A stretch of DNA of 64,000 nucleotides from Pseudomonadota bacterium (GCA_030148545.1 JASBTF010000001.1:68885-132884), one strand, 5' to 3'; positions 50,074 to 59,548 are shown, counted from the stretch's first letter. The notes: generated by a model from the letters alone, not told the origin. Translations and numbers: made by a program.

Positions 50074-50196
50074 AAATTCCCCACTAGGTCATTTATGTGC
50101 ACCGCTTTGTGGTTCGGCCTCCTCGTGTAGGTTTTAGCTACGCGTCGTCGGCCTCACCACGGCAGCGGCACCCCTAAATAACCCACTGGGAAATTT
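50073..50196. mobile_element. MITE-like dispersed repeat, copy C
   Basis: AAAAATTCCCCACTAGG…CCCACTGGGAAATTTT terminal inverted repeats. Begins at the ugd TAA stop. Confidence 0.6.
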
Positions 50197-50235
50197 TGTC
50201 GTGTTGGTCAATAAATATCAACTTTTAGCGTAACC

Positions 50236-50270
50236 GCAAAAAGGCGCCCCAATGGGGCGCCTTTTGTTGT
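50236..50270. terminator. Bidirectional terminator
   Basis: AAGGCGCCCCaatGGGGCGCCTT followed by TTGTTG. Confidence 0.55.
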
Positions 50271-50274
50271 GGTT

Positions 50275-50976
50275 TTAGCTACCGCCATGAATGGTGACAA
50301 AGCCTTGGTCATCCATGTTGCTTGAAAACCGGTAATAAACAGCCAGTAGTTGAACTGGAGCTATTTTGTTCAGCCAGTCTGCAACAGCTGGGTTCTGTTC
50401 TTCGTGAAAGATTTGTCTACCGCAATTTGGGAACATCAAATCTTCTTTTGGCTTATAAACAGCAGCTATTGGTTTTAACCGCTCTTGGTATATCTCTACA
50501 GCCATATGGCCGTCATGGTTTCTAACCAACTTTAGCTTGTGCTCACCCTGTGGTAGTGAGTTAAGAGCAACAAATACTTTATCGCAATATTCACTGAGCC
50601 ATATATCAACCTTTCTGGCAACTGCCTCAGCTTTTTCGGCACGGTTGTTGTTGCGAGCACGTTTATAGTTAAACCATGCTAATGCAGCAATCAGCAAAGT
50701 TATGCCAGCTATAGCGAGGAAGGAAAGAGCCGTAACGTCGTAGTTCTGGAATATCCAGACCACGGCTATGGCAGTGCAAGTTAAGGTTATGAAAATATGA
50801 AAGAAAAGGGCACCGTTTCTTTTATCATCATAGTCAAATAAAGGTTCAAAATAACCAGTGTATTGGTGGTGTTCTGTACAACTATTCAGATAATTTTCTA
50901 GCTGTGTTTTAAAACCTTCCCACAATTCTTCAGCCTGCTTAATATCATAGTTACTAGTTTTATAAGCTGTAGCCAT
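50275..50976 (-). CDS. Hypothetical 2-TM membrane protein, paralogue A (233 aa)
   Basis: RBS GGAGG 5 nt before ATG 50976 (the ORF runs to 50988). Two central TM helices. Shares its N-terminus and 5' leader with the gene at 51115-51819. Confidence 0.5.
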   Translation of the reverse strand: MATAYKTSNYDIKQAEELWEGFKTQLENYLNSCTEHHQYTGYFEPLFDYDDKRNGALFFHIFITLTCTAIAVVWIFQNYDVTALSFLAIAGITLLIAALAWFNYKRARNNNRAEKAEAVARKVDIWLSEYCDKVFVALNSLPQGEHKLKLVRNHDGHMAVEIYQERLKPIAAVYKPKEDLMFPNCGRQIFHEEQNPAVADWLNKIAPVQLLAVYYRFSSNMDDQGFVTIHGGS

Positions 50977-50988
50977 TAAGGCCTCCAT

Positions 50989-51030
50989 GAGGTTGTCGCG
51001 GTATCACCGCGGGGAATAAGGAATAGAGGG
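50989..51030 (-). promoter_or_regulatory. Conserved 5' leader with palindrome CGCGGTATCACCGCG (paralogue A)
   Basis: Near-identical to 51825-51870 (…AATAAGGAA…CGCGG-n5-CCGCG…GAGGTT…). Confidence 0.4.
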
Positions 51031-51069
51031 TATTTGAAATATGTATACCATTATTTAGGGCTTATGCAA

Positions 51070-51100
51070 GCAAAAAGGCGCCCCACTGGGGCGCCTTTGA
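51070..51100 (-). terminator. Terminator after paralogue B
   Basis: AGGCGCCCCactGGGGCGCCTT with a T-run on the minus strand. Confidence 0.5.
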
Positions 51101-51114
51101 GCAGTTTTGGGCGG

Positions 51115-51819
51115 TTAGGCCGCTTGTAGCTGTTCAGCTTCGGTTGGTACCAAATACCAACCTTTTACATCGCTGGGTGTGCAGCGCCTGTACAGTTCGG
51201 CCCACACCATTTGGTGGCAGTTTTGGAATGATAGCTTGCTATTTGTTCTTAATCGGGTATCAACCCGAATCCAGCCATTGCTAGGATATGATAGTTTTGT
51301 ATCATCGGCATAAAAGTCAAATTCAACCAGTTCTTGTCCATGCTTCAAGGCGATCAAATGTATAGGTCTATCATCTTTTTCATAGCGCTCAATACGTATT
51401 TGAGTTTTTTGAGGCAATTGCTGTATGAGTTGGTCTGCTTTGGGGCGTATGTGTATATCAAACTTACCACGCATGTACTCTTCCAGGGCAGATTCATATT
51501 GCTCAGTGTGCTGTTTGCCAAGGCTGTATCGCACAAACCCTGCGCCGCAAGCCAGTAGCATCATCACAGCCCCAAAAGCAATCATACTCATTTGTTGCCA
51601 CACTAGGAGTACTGTGAAAATTACTCCAACACCCAGAGTAAGCCACCATAGCATTTCACACGCATTTTTATATTTATTCACCATGTTTTGTAAGTGGGAA
51701 GATGGCTGGTTAGCAGGGGTATTGCGGTGCGTTTCCGCTTCTTGCGCCCAGAGGCGTTGGAAGGGTAGTTCGTTTTCTGGTGTATCGCTTTTGTTTAAAG
51801 TACCGTCAAAAATAGCCAT
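51115..51819 (-). CDS. Hypothetical 2-TM membrane protein, paralogue B (234 aa)
   Basis: RBS GGAG 7 nt before ATG 51819 (the ORF runs to 51870). Same architecture as paralogue A. Confidence 0.5.
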   Translation of the reverse strand: MAIFDGTLNKSDTPENELPFQRLWAQEAETHRNTPANQPSSHLQNMVNKYKNACEMLWWLTLGVGVIFTVLLVWQQMSMIAFGAVMMLLACGAGFVRYSLGKQHTEQYESALEEYMRGKFDIHIRPKADQLIQQLPQKTQIRIERYEKDDRPIHLIALKHGQELVEFDFYADDTKLSYPSNGWIRVDTRLRTNSKLSFQNCHQMVWAELYRRCTPSDVKGWYLVPTEAEQLQAA

Positions 51820-51824
51820 AAAAA

Positions 51825-51870
51825 GCTCCGTGAGGTTATCGCGGCGCCGCCGCGGAGAAATAAGGAACAA
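51825..51870 (-). promoter_or_regulatory. Conserved 5' leader with palindrome CGCGGCGCCGCCGCG (paralogue B)
   Basis: Matches the leader of paralogue A at the DNA level more closely than the proteins match each other. Confidence 0.4.
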
Positions 51871-52111
51871 AGTTGGTGACTATTCGTATACCCTTTTTGT
51901 GGGGCAGGTGCAAGTGGCCATATGATTTCCATTTATGCAAGCTGTGTTTTGCTGATGCTGATGAGGCAGCATGAGACGTAGCTATATCGGCATATGGTGC
52001 TGATTGGTGCTGGTTTATGCTGAAGTTCAGCATGGCTATTTTCCAAATGTGAAAGCGGGTTTTTAGGTGACATTTCTTGACAGTTTGGTAGCAAGGCGTA
52101 ACAGTGAGGGT

Positions 52112-53134
52112 ATGACGCATAAAGAACGTATTTTTGTAACAGGTGCTGCAGGGTTTATTGGCGCTGCGCTTTGCCAACGGCTACTTGCCGATGGCCATAC
52201 CGTGCTGGGGATTGATAGCCTAAACGACTATTATGACCCGAATTTGAAAGCCGCGCGGCTGGTGAATTTGAGCGAACACTCTGAACAACAGAATTTCACA
52301 TTTGCAAAAATAGACCTAACCGATGCTGTGGCGTTAAATACCACTGTGCGTGATTTTGCCCCAACAATTATGGTGCATTTGGCTGCTCAGGCGGGGGTTC
52401 GGTACTCTTTACAAAACCCACATAGCTATGTGCAGAGCAACTTGGTGGGCCACTTTAATATTTTGGAGCTGTGCCGTAGTATCCAGTCTGACAGCCCGGA
52501 TCAGCTTAAACACCTGTTGTATGCATCGTCTTCTTCCGTATATGGAGGGAATACCAAGGTACCTTTCAGTGAGGCGGATAAAGTGGATAATGCTTATTCG
52601 CTATATGCCGCGACCAAAGCCAGTAATGAGCTGATGACCAACAGTTACAGCCATTTGTTTGGTATTCCGGCTAGTGGCTTGCGTTTCTTCACCGTTTATG
52701 GCCCGTGGGGCCGGCCCGATATGTCGCCAATGTTGTTTGCTGAACGCATTTTAAAGGGTGAACCGGTGCGCCTGTTTAATAAAGGTGACCTGTGGCGTGA
52801 CTTTACCTATGTTGCTGATATTGTTGAAGCAATTGTGCGCTTGATGCCTGCCGTGCCAAGCCGTGAGCAGGAAAAACCAGCGCATGATGTATATAATTTG
52901 GGGAACCAAAACCCTGTACAGCTTTTTGAATATGTTGACCTATTGGGCGAAGCTCTGGGCAAAGAGCCAGTGCTAGACTTAGCCGAGTGGCCGCCAACTG
53001 AGGTGTACAAAACCTATGCGGATACCAGCAAATTACAGGCTAAAGTAGGCTGGGCGCCAGAAACTTCGCTGAAGGATGGCCTAAGCCAGTTTGCCGCGTG
53101 GTACGTGCCATGGTATGAGTCTCAACATGGCTAA
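52112..53134 (+). CDS. NAD-dependent epimerase/dehydratase (UDP-glucuronate 4-epimerase-like)
   Basis: Rossmann motif VTGAAGFIGAAL. Catalytic YAATKASNE (YxxxK). Adjacent to ugd in a polysaccharide-precursor context. Confidence 0.85.
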   Translation: MTHKERIFVTGAAGFIGAALCQRLLADGHTVLGIDSLNDYYDPNLKAARLVNLSEHSEQQNFTFAKIDLTDAVALNTTVRDFAPTIMVHLAAQAGVRYSLQNPHSYVQSNLVGHFNILELCRSIQSDSPDQLKHLLYASSSSVYGGNTKVPFSEADKVDNAYSLYAATKASNELMTNSYSHLFGIPASGLRFFTVYGPWGRPDMSPMLFAERILKGEPVRLFNKGDLWRDFTYVADIVEAIVRLMPAVPSREQEKPAHDVYNLGNQNPVQLFEYVDLLGEALGKEPVLDLAEWPPTEVYKTYADTSKLQAKVGWAPETSLKDGLSQFAAWYVPWYESQHG

Positions 53135-53771
53135 AAAGCTTACTAAGCAACAAATTCACCAATTTTATAGCCTGTTACAGGCAGAAAACCCTGAACCACA
53201 GGGAGAGCTGGAGCACGGCAATTTGTACCAATTGTTGGTGGCTGTGGTATTGAGTGCGCAGGCCACGGATAAAGGTGTGAATAAAGCTACTAAACCGCTG
53301 TTTGAGAAGGTGCACACGCCGCAGCAAATGGTGGCGCTGGGGCTGGATCAGCTAACGGATTATGTTAAGTCTATCGGGTTGTATCGTAATAAAGCCAAGA
53401 ACGTTATTGCCTTATCTGAGCAGTTGATTACCAACCATGATGGTGAGGTGCCTAATGACCAAAAAGCGCTAGAAGCCTTGCCTGGCGTGGGGCGCAAAAC
53501 CGCTAATGTGGTGCGTAATATTGGTTTTGGTGAGCCAACCATTGCGGTGGATACGCATGTATTTCGGGTGAGTAATCGCGCTGGCCTTGCACCCGGCAAG
53601 GATGTAGTGGCAGTGGAAGAAAGCTTGAACAAACGCACACCAAAAGAGTTTTTGTTACATGCTCACCACTGGTTGATTTTGCACGGGCGCTACGTGTGTG
53701 TGGCCCGTACACCTAAGTGCCAGCAATGTGTGGTACGCGATGTATGCAACTTTAAGGATAAGATACTATAA
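53127..53771 (+). CDS. nth: Endonuclease III
   Basis: HhH-GPD motif (LPGVGRKTANVV…IAVDTHVFRVSNR). C-terminal 4Fe-4S Cys cluster (CVARTPKCQQCVVRDVC). Confidence 0.9.
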   Translation: MAKKLTKQQIHQFYSLLQAENPEPQGELEHGNLYQLLVAVVLSAQATDKGVNKATKPLFEKVHTPQQMVALGLDQLTDYVKSIGLYRNKAKNVIALSEQLITNHDGEVPNDQKALEALPGVGRKTANVVRNIGFGEPTIAVDTHVFRVSNRAGLAPGKDVVAVEESLNKRTPKEFLLHAHHWLILHGRYVCVARTPKCQQCVVRDVCNFKDKIL

Positions 53772-53846
53772 ATTTTATTGCATACTGCATACAGTTGCTG
53801 TAGGTATGGCTATCTGAATTTCCGCTTCTTATGGAAGGAGGCACCT

Positions 53847-54386
53847 ATGCCTCGGAAAGTCTATTTTGCGCATCCAATATCCTATTATGGATCAGATGCT
53901 GAAACAGCAATTTTGAATATTTATTCACGTGAACTTGAGCACGATGGCGGGGTGATTATTAACCCTGGTAGCACAGATATCCAAAACCAATTTAAGGTTT
54001 GGAAACAAAAAAATCCTGATGAAAATCCAATGCAGTTTTTTACCAATTTGGTGGCAGAGTGTGATGGATTTATATTTATGACTTTTCCGCCTGATTTAGT
54101 GGTGGAAAGTATTCCAAACAACTCTGCTAAACCATGGATTGGTGCTGGTGTATGGGCGGAAATGCAAGCTTTTCATACATTGCATCCATCTGTGCCACTT
54201 GTGCATGTATCCACCACACAAGGTGGAGGTGTGTATGAGAACAGGTATCATTATGCCCATGATGGACATGTTAATTGTGGTGTTTTCTTACAGTTAGTAA
54301 GCCAAACGTTTACTGTGCTCGACATCGAGCAGACACGGGCAGCGCTGAAGGCGCATGACCCAAGCTACGTTTCTTTCTCTAGTTAA
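53847..54386 (+). CDS. Nucleoside 2-deoxyribosyltransferase-like (Rossmann-like NDT/DNPH1-type) protein
   Basis: Strong RBS GGAAGGAGG. N-terminal VYFAHPISYYG and …GAGVWAEMQAF resemble the NDT-family (G-rich loop plus catalytic Glu) pattern. The assignment is tentative. Confidence 0.4.
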   Translation: MPRKVYFAHPISYYGSDAETAILNIYSRELEHDGGVIINPGSTDIQNQFKVWKQKNPDENPMQFFTNLVAECDGFIFMTFPPDLVVESIPNNSAKPWIGAGVWAEMQAFHTLHPSVPLVHVSTTQGGGVYENRYHYAHDGHVNCGVFLQLVSQTFTVLDIEQTRAALKAHDPSYVSFSS

Positions 54387-54402
54387 GGCAAAGGAGTTTT
54401 CT

Positions 54403-55200
54403 ATGCCGAATGGTGCTGCTACTGCTACTAAAACTGCTCGTGCTAAGCGTCGTTTGAAAAGCGATGCAGAACCTCACCCTGCTTTTGAAGAGCCTAAAGA
54501 GGTGAATGGCCGTGGAAATGGCGCAAATCAGCCGCGCAGAAAAATGCATTTTAAAGATCTGAAGCCGCGTAATGATGCTCAAATAGCTTATTTGAAAGCT
54601 TTGCGAGATGCACGCAATGATGTGGTAGTTGGTTTTGGCCCAGCTGGTGCGGGACGAACCTTTTTGTCCACAGCGGTTGGTTATGAGGCGCTCGAGCTAC
54701 AAAAAGTATGGAAGTTTGTGGGGATACGTCCTGCTGTAACTGCTGATGAAGAGCTTGGCTATTTGCCTGGAACTTTTGAGGAAAAAATTGATCCTTACTT
54801 TTACCCAATTTATGACACTTTAGAGATGTTTGGGTGTTCTCCAAAAGAGAGAATGAGAAGAGTATTGGCTGGGCATATGATTTTTGCGCCTGTTGCTTTT
54901 ATGCGTGGCCGTAACTTTTTTGACTCTGTGATGGTGGTGGATGAGGCTCAAAACTTAACGATATCACAAATGAGAATGGTGTTGACCCGGCTTTGCCCGG
55001 GGACACGTATTTTCATTAATGGTGACCCTAAACAGTGTGATTTGCCTAAGGGTGTTGACTCAGGGTTGACGTGGTTGATTAGCCATAAAGACCAGCTTTT
55101 GAGTAATAAAAGTGATGCAGTGTGGGCTTTTTGTGAATTTCATCAACAAGATGTTGTTCGCCACGCAGTGTCGAGAGATATTGCAAATCTTCCTGATTAA
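54403..55200 (+). CDS. PhoH-like P-loop NTPase with atypical Walker A (GPAGAGRT, Lys replaced by Arg)
   Basis: RBS AAGGAG. PhoH pattern (…AQIAYLKAL…GPAGAGRTFLS…GYLPGTFEEKIDPYFYPIYD…FMRGRNF…VVDEAQNLT…GDPKQCDL…GL). Confidence 0.75.
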   Translation: MPNGAATATKTARAKRRLKSDAEPHPAFEEPKEVNGRGNGANQPRRKMHFKDLKPRNDAQIAYLKALRDARNDVVVGFGPAGAGRTFLSTAVGYEALELQKVWKFVGIRPAVTADEELGYLPGTFEEKIDPYFYPIYDTLEMFGCSPKERMRRVLAGHMIFAPVAFMRGRNFFDSVMVVDEAQNLTISQMRMVLTRLCPGTRIFINGDPKQCDLPKGVDSGLTWLISHKDQLLSNKSDAVWAFCEFHQQDVVRHAVSRDIANLPD

Positions 55201-55217
55201 ACTGTACTAACTAAACA

Positions 55218-55252
55218 AACGCGCCCCGGGAGACCGGGGCGCGCTTTTTTTG
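55218..55252. terminator. Bidirectional terminator
   Basis: GCGCCCCGGgagaCCGGGGCGCGC followed by TTTTTTT. Confidence 0.6.
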
Positions 55253-55292
55253 ACGTTTATATTGGGAGAATACGAACGAAACTTGTTGTTGG

Positions 55293-56186
55293 TTAAGCCT
55301 TGCTTAACAGCTCCACCATGGTTTTACCAATGTGTGATGGGGTGGGGGCAATGGCCACACCGGCATCGGTCAGGGCTTTAATTTTACTGTCGGCAGTGCC
55401 TTGGCCACCAGAAACAATGGCGCCAGCGTGGCCCATGCGTTTACCTGGAGGTGCGGTAGTACCGGCAATAAAGCCAACCACTGGTTTGGTCATGCTGGTT
55501 TTAATGAACTCTGCGGCTTCTTCCTCAGCGGTACCGCCGATTTCGCCAATCATTACCACGGCTTCGGTTTGTGGGTCGGCCTCAAACGCACTGAGTACCT
55601 GAATAAAGTTAGTGCCGTTTACTGGGTCCCCACCAATACCTACGCAGGTGCTTTGGCCAAGGCCTTCGGCAGTGGTTTGGGCTACTGCTTCGTAAGTTAG
55701 GGTACCGCTGCGGCTTACAATACCAATTTTACCTGGGCGGTGGATGTGCGCTGGCATAATGCCAATTTTACAGCCTGATTTGTTGTCACCCGGGGTGATA
55801 ACGCCTGGGCAGTTGGGGCCCACCAAACGCATGCGGCAGTCCGGCTGTTGGAGGCGCATTTTAACCTTCACCATGTCTTGTACTGGAATACCTTCGGTGA
55901 TGCAGATGCAGATGGAGATGCCGGCATCGGCTGCTTCCAAGATACTGTCGGCTGCGAAGGCGGGTGGCACGTAAATGACGCTGGCGGTGGCGCCAGTTGC
56001 GGCTACAGCCTCGGCCACGGTATTGAACACGGGCAGGCCCAAATGCTCGGTACCGCCTTTGCCTGGGGTTACGCCGCCCACATACTGAGTACCGTATAGC
56101 AGGCCTTGCTCAGTATGGAAGGTGCCGTTTTTACCAGTAAAACCTTGGGTGATCACTTTGGTTTCGGGCGTGATGAAAATGGACAT
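55293..56186 (-). CDS. sucD: Succinyl-CoA synthetase alpha subunit
   Basis: CoA-binding and phosphohistidine-region motifs (…[10 protein letters not shown]…GHAGAI…). No sucC immediately upstream. Confidence 0.9.
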   Translation of the reverse strand: MSIFITPETKVITQGFTGKNGTFHTEQGLLYGTQYVGGVTPGKGGTEHLGLPVFNTVAEAVAATGATASVIYVPPAFAADSILEAADAGISICICITEGIPVQDMVKVKMRLQQPDCRMRLVGPNCPGVITPGDNKSGCKIGIMPAHIHRPGKIGIVSRSGTLTYEAVAQTTAEGLGQSTCVGIGGDPVNGTNFIQVLSAFEADPQTEAVVMIGEIGGTAEEEAAEFIKTSMTKPVVGFIAGTTAPPGKRMGHAGAIVSGGQGTADSKIKALTDAGVAIAPTPSHIGKTMVELLSKA

Positions 56187-56315
56187 GGTGCTCTCTCAAT
56201 TTTTGTTAGCTGTATCGTAACCAAGCAACACGCGTTCGCCAAGTTAAATTAGGTGCTTTTTTGTAATTATATAGCGTTACTTGGCGTGGGCGCTGAGAGC
56301 GGGTAAGCTGAGCCT

Positions 56316-58031
56316 ATGAAAGAGTCGACCCTGTTACCAATTTTGGTGGAAGTTAGTGTATTTTTAGTTGCTGCGGCGCTGATTATTCCTTTGCTGAAGC
56401 GGTTTAAAGTGCCCAGTATTTTGGGTTACCTGTTGGTTGGGTTGAGCTTGGGCCCTTATGGGCTGGCACAGCTTATTGATGCTGCGCCTTGGTTGTCTTA
56501 CATAACGCTGGAGAATAGCGAACAGGTAAAACTGTTGGCTGAGCTTGGTATTGTGCTGCTGCTGTTTGTTATTGGGTTGGAAATTTCGCCAAAACGATTA
56601 TGGGAAATGCGGCGTTTGGTATTTGGTTTGGGTACGGCACAAGTTGTGGTGACTGGTACCGTGATTGGTCTGATCGCTTATGCGTGGGGCAATACAGCTG
56701 TGGCAGCAACGTTAATTGGTGCTTCGTTTGCGCTTTCTTCTACCGCTATTGTATTTGGTTGGATTAGCGAGCAAAAGCTCCACGCAACCACGGCTGGGCG
56801 TGCTAGTTTTGGCATTTTATTATTGCAGGATATTGCAGTGATTCCGATTTTGTTTTTGTTGAGCATTTTTGCGGCTGAACCAGGGCAGAGCATGATGGTT
56901 TCTGTTGGCTCGGCATTGTTGAAAATGGTGGTGATGGTGGCAGCAATTTACCTGATTGGGCAGCGTGTGCTGCGGCCTTTGTTTGTGTTTGCGAACCGTT
57001 ATGGCGGGGTGGAAGTGTTTATGGCATTAACGCTGCTGGTAATTGTGAGCACGGCAGTGGCTGCTGGGTTAGCCGGATTATCGCTTGCGTTGGGGGCATT
57101 TTTAGCAGGCTTGTTGTTGGCTGAAACAGAATATCGGCACGAAATTATGGCGATTATTGAGCCATTTAAGGGGTTGCTGCTTGGTATTTTCTTCCTCTCT
57201 TTTGGGATGAGTATTGATATTGCCTATGTGTTGGCCAGCCCATTTTGGTTGGCAGCGTCGGTTGCGGGTTTGTTACTTATTAAAGGTGTTATTGTTTATG
57301 TTTTGGCACGGCTGTGGGGGCTGGGACAGGCGGCTGCTGTGGAGTCGGCTCTGCTACTTCCGCAAGCTGGTGAATTTGGTTTGTTGGTGGTGGGGAGTGC
57401 GCTCACCATGAGTTTAATTGAGCCTGCAGTGGGGCAGTTTATGCTGATTGTTGTTGGGCTCACCATGTTATTAACCCCACTGCTGGCGGTGGTTTCTCGC
57501 CGTGTGGGTGCTTGGGTTGCAGCACAGCAAGGTGAGCAAGAGGCCGTAGCAGTGCCTGTAGATGCTCATACAGTTGTGTTAGCAGGTTATGGCCGTATGG
57601 GTAAGTTAATGGGAGAGCTGTTGTGTAGCGAGGGAATTCCACTGGTAGCGTTTGACCATGATGCAACCCGTGTGCATGCTGCAAAAAGCCTTGGTGTGAA
57701 TATCTTTTTTGGTGATGTTACAAAAGCAAATACCCGTAAGGCCATGGGTTTACAGCAAGCACGGTTGTTGGTGTTGACGGTGAATAATGCTGCGACAATT
57801 AATAAAGTGGTGAGAGAGGTGCGCAAGGTTTACCCGCAGTTACCTATTGTTGCACGTGCGGCGGATGTGCCGCAGGCAAAAGAGCTGGAGGAAAAGTATG
57901 ATGTTCAAGCAGTGCCGGAACACTTAGCTATTAGCTTGGAGCTTGCTGAGCAGGTGTTGGAGCAATGTGGGCTAAGCCACGCTGCAGCGCATGAGTTAAC
58001 GGAAGAAGTGCAAAAGAAAACTGCTCTGTAG
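56316..58031 (+). CDS. CPA2-family monovalent cation:proton antiporter with C-terminal RCK/TrkA-N domain (KefB/KefC-like)
   Basis: 12-13 TM N-terminal region plus an NAD-binding-like RCK domain (VVLAGYGRMGKLMGELL). Confidence 0.85.
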   Translation: MKESTLLPILVEVSVFLVAAALIIPLLKRFKVPSILGYLLVGLSLGPYGLAQLIDAAPWLSYITLENSEQVKLLAELGIVLLLFVIGLEISPKRLWEMRRLVFGLGTAQVVVTGTVIGLIAYAWGNTAVAATLIGASFALSSTAIVFGWISEQKLHATTAGRASFGILLLQDIAVIPILFLLSIFAAEPGQSMMVSVGSALLKMVVMVAAIYLIGQRVLRPLFVFANRYGGVEVFMALTLLVIVSTAVAAGLAGLSLALGAFLAGLLLAETEYRHEIMAIIEPFKGLLLGIFFLSFGMSIDIAYVLASPFWLAASVAGLLLIKGVIVYVLARLWGLGQAAAVESALLLPQAGEFGLLVVGSALTMSLIEPAVGQFMLIVVGLTMLLTPLLAVVSRRVGAWVAAQQGEQEAVAVPVDAHTVVLAGYGRMGKLMGELLCSEGIPLVAFDHDATRVHAAKSLGVNIFFGDVTKANTRKAMGLQQARLLVLTVNNAATINKVVREVRKVYPQLPIVARAADVPQAKELEEKYDVQAVPEHLAISLELAEQVLEQCGLSHAAAHELTEEVQKKTAL

Positions 58032-58058
58032 AGCAGCTTTCTTTGTCATAAGCTAAGT

Positions 58059-58433
58059 TTAGCGGCGTTGGCCGCCACCACCCTGGCTACGGTTAGCGCC
58101 ACGACTTTGTTGACGATTGCTGTTGCCGCCACCGCGTGCGTTTTGATTACGGTTGTTTTGGCCGCGGCTTTGGGCACGCTGGTTGTTACGACCTCCACGT
58201 TGTGCATTTTCACCACGGCTTTGGCGCTGTTCAGCGCGATTTTCTTGACGTGTTTCGCGGTTTTCCGCTCGGTTTTGTTGGCGCTGTTCACGAGCATCTT
58301 CGCGAAAGTCTTGGCGCGCCTGCTGGCGTTGTTCGCGGTGCTCTTGGCGTGGTGAAAAAGTGCTTTCTTCTTGGGCGATGCTGGCGATGGGGAATGCTAA
58401 AGCCAGGGTAAGTAGTGGGGTGAAGCAGTGCAT
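58059..58433 (-). CDS. Secreted low-complexity Arg/Gln/Asn/Glu-rich protein (124 aa)
   Basis: Signal peptide (MHCFTPLLTLALAFPIASIA), then repetitive EQRQ/NRAE/GGG segments. Confidence 0.45.
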   Translation of the reverse strand: MHCFTPLLTLALAFPIASIAQEESTFSPRQEHREQRQQARQDFREDAREQRQQNRAENRETRQENRAEQRQSRGENAQRGGRNNQRAQSRGQNNRNQNARGGGNSNRQQSRGANRSQGGGGQRR

Positions 58434-58558
58434 GGTTTATGGTCCTTATCCTGTTTGTTGGGTAATAGTAAACGGTGTTTGTGGAAGAGGGTCAAGCTTG
58501 ACCTGAGAGTTGAATTCGGATTGAATTAGTAGGGATAAGAATAAAAAAGGTTGAGAAT

Positions 58559-59455
58559 GTGCCCGCTGCCCCACTGCCTGATAATGAAAATAAGCGTTTA
58601 GAAGAACTTTACGGACTAGGTGTTTTAGATACCTTGCCGGAAGAGGAATATGATGATTTTGTAAAGCTGGCAGCGCAAATTTGTGGTGTGCCAATTGCGC
58701 TGATTAGCTTGGTTGATAAAGGGCGCCAGTGGTTTAAGGCTAAGGTTGGTATTGATGCCCCTGAAACCCCGCGTGAGCTAGCTTTTTGTGCGCATGCTAT
58801 TTTGGACCCTGAACAGGTGTTGGTGGTGAAGGATGCCACGCAAGACCAACGCTTTTCTGATAATGCTTTGGTGACAGATGAGCCTAATATTCGCTTTTAT
58901 GCGGGGGCACCGTTAACGACCAGCGCTGGCTACCCCATTGGTACACTATGTGTGATTGACCGTGAGCCAAAAGAGCTAACGCGCGAACAAGTGGAAGCTT
59001 TGCAAATTTTAGGTCGTCACGTGGTAACGGTTTTGGAAAACTCTAAAGCGGCCAAAGCAGCGGCTACAGAGCGTAAGTTTTTGGAAATGGCGGAGAGGAT
59101 TTCGGACCTTGGTCACTGGCAAATTGACCTTGTAAAGGACGAGATATACTGGTCGCCGGGGGTGTATCGTATTCATGGGTTGCGGCCTGAGCTTTACACA
59201 CCAGAACTGCAAACTGCGATTGATTTTTACCACCCTGAAGACCGTGCGTTGGTGCAACGTTATGTGCGTGATGCGATTGAAATGAAGAAACCTTTTGAGT
59301 TTCAGTTACGGTTGGTGCGGTTGGATGGTGCTGTACGCCATGTACGCTCTAAAGGTGAGCCTCAGCTTAATAAAAAAGGCGAAGTTGAAGCTATTTTTGG
59401 TGTGTTCACAGATGTGACTGATTTGGTGGAATGCCAAACACAGTTTGCTGGGTAG
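58559..59455 (+). CDS. GAF-PAS sensor-domain protein without output domain
   Basis: GAF N-terminal signature (NENKRLEELYGLGVLDT…DFVKLAAQICGVPIALISLVD). PAS-like C-terminal half. Confidence 0.7.
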   Translation: MPAAPLPDNENKRLEELYGLGVLDTLPEEEYDDFVKLAAQICGVPIALISLVDKGRQWFKAKVGIDAPETPRELAFCAHAILDPEQVLVVKDATQDQRFSDNALVTDEPNIRFYAGAPLTTSAGYPIGTLCVIDREPKELTREQVEALQILGRHVVTVLENSKAAKAAATERKFLEMAERISDLGHWQIDLVKDEIYWSPGVYRIHGLRPELYTPELQTAIDFYHPEDRALVQRYVRDAIEMKKPFEFQLRLVRLDGAVRHVRSKGEPQLNKKGEVEAIFGVFTDVTDLVECQTQFAG

Positions 59456-59472
59456 TTTGATTTTAAAATAAA

Positions 59473-59548
<76 letters not shown>

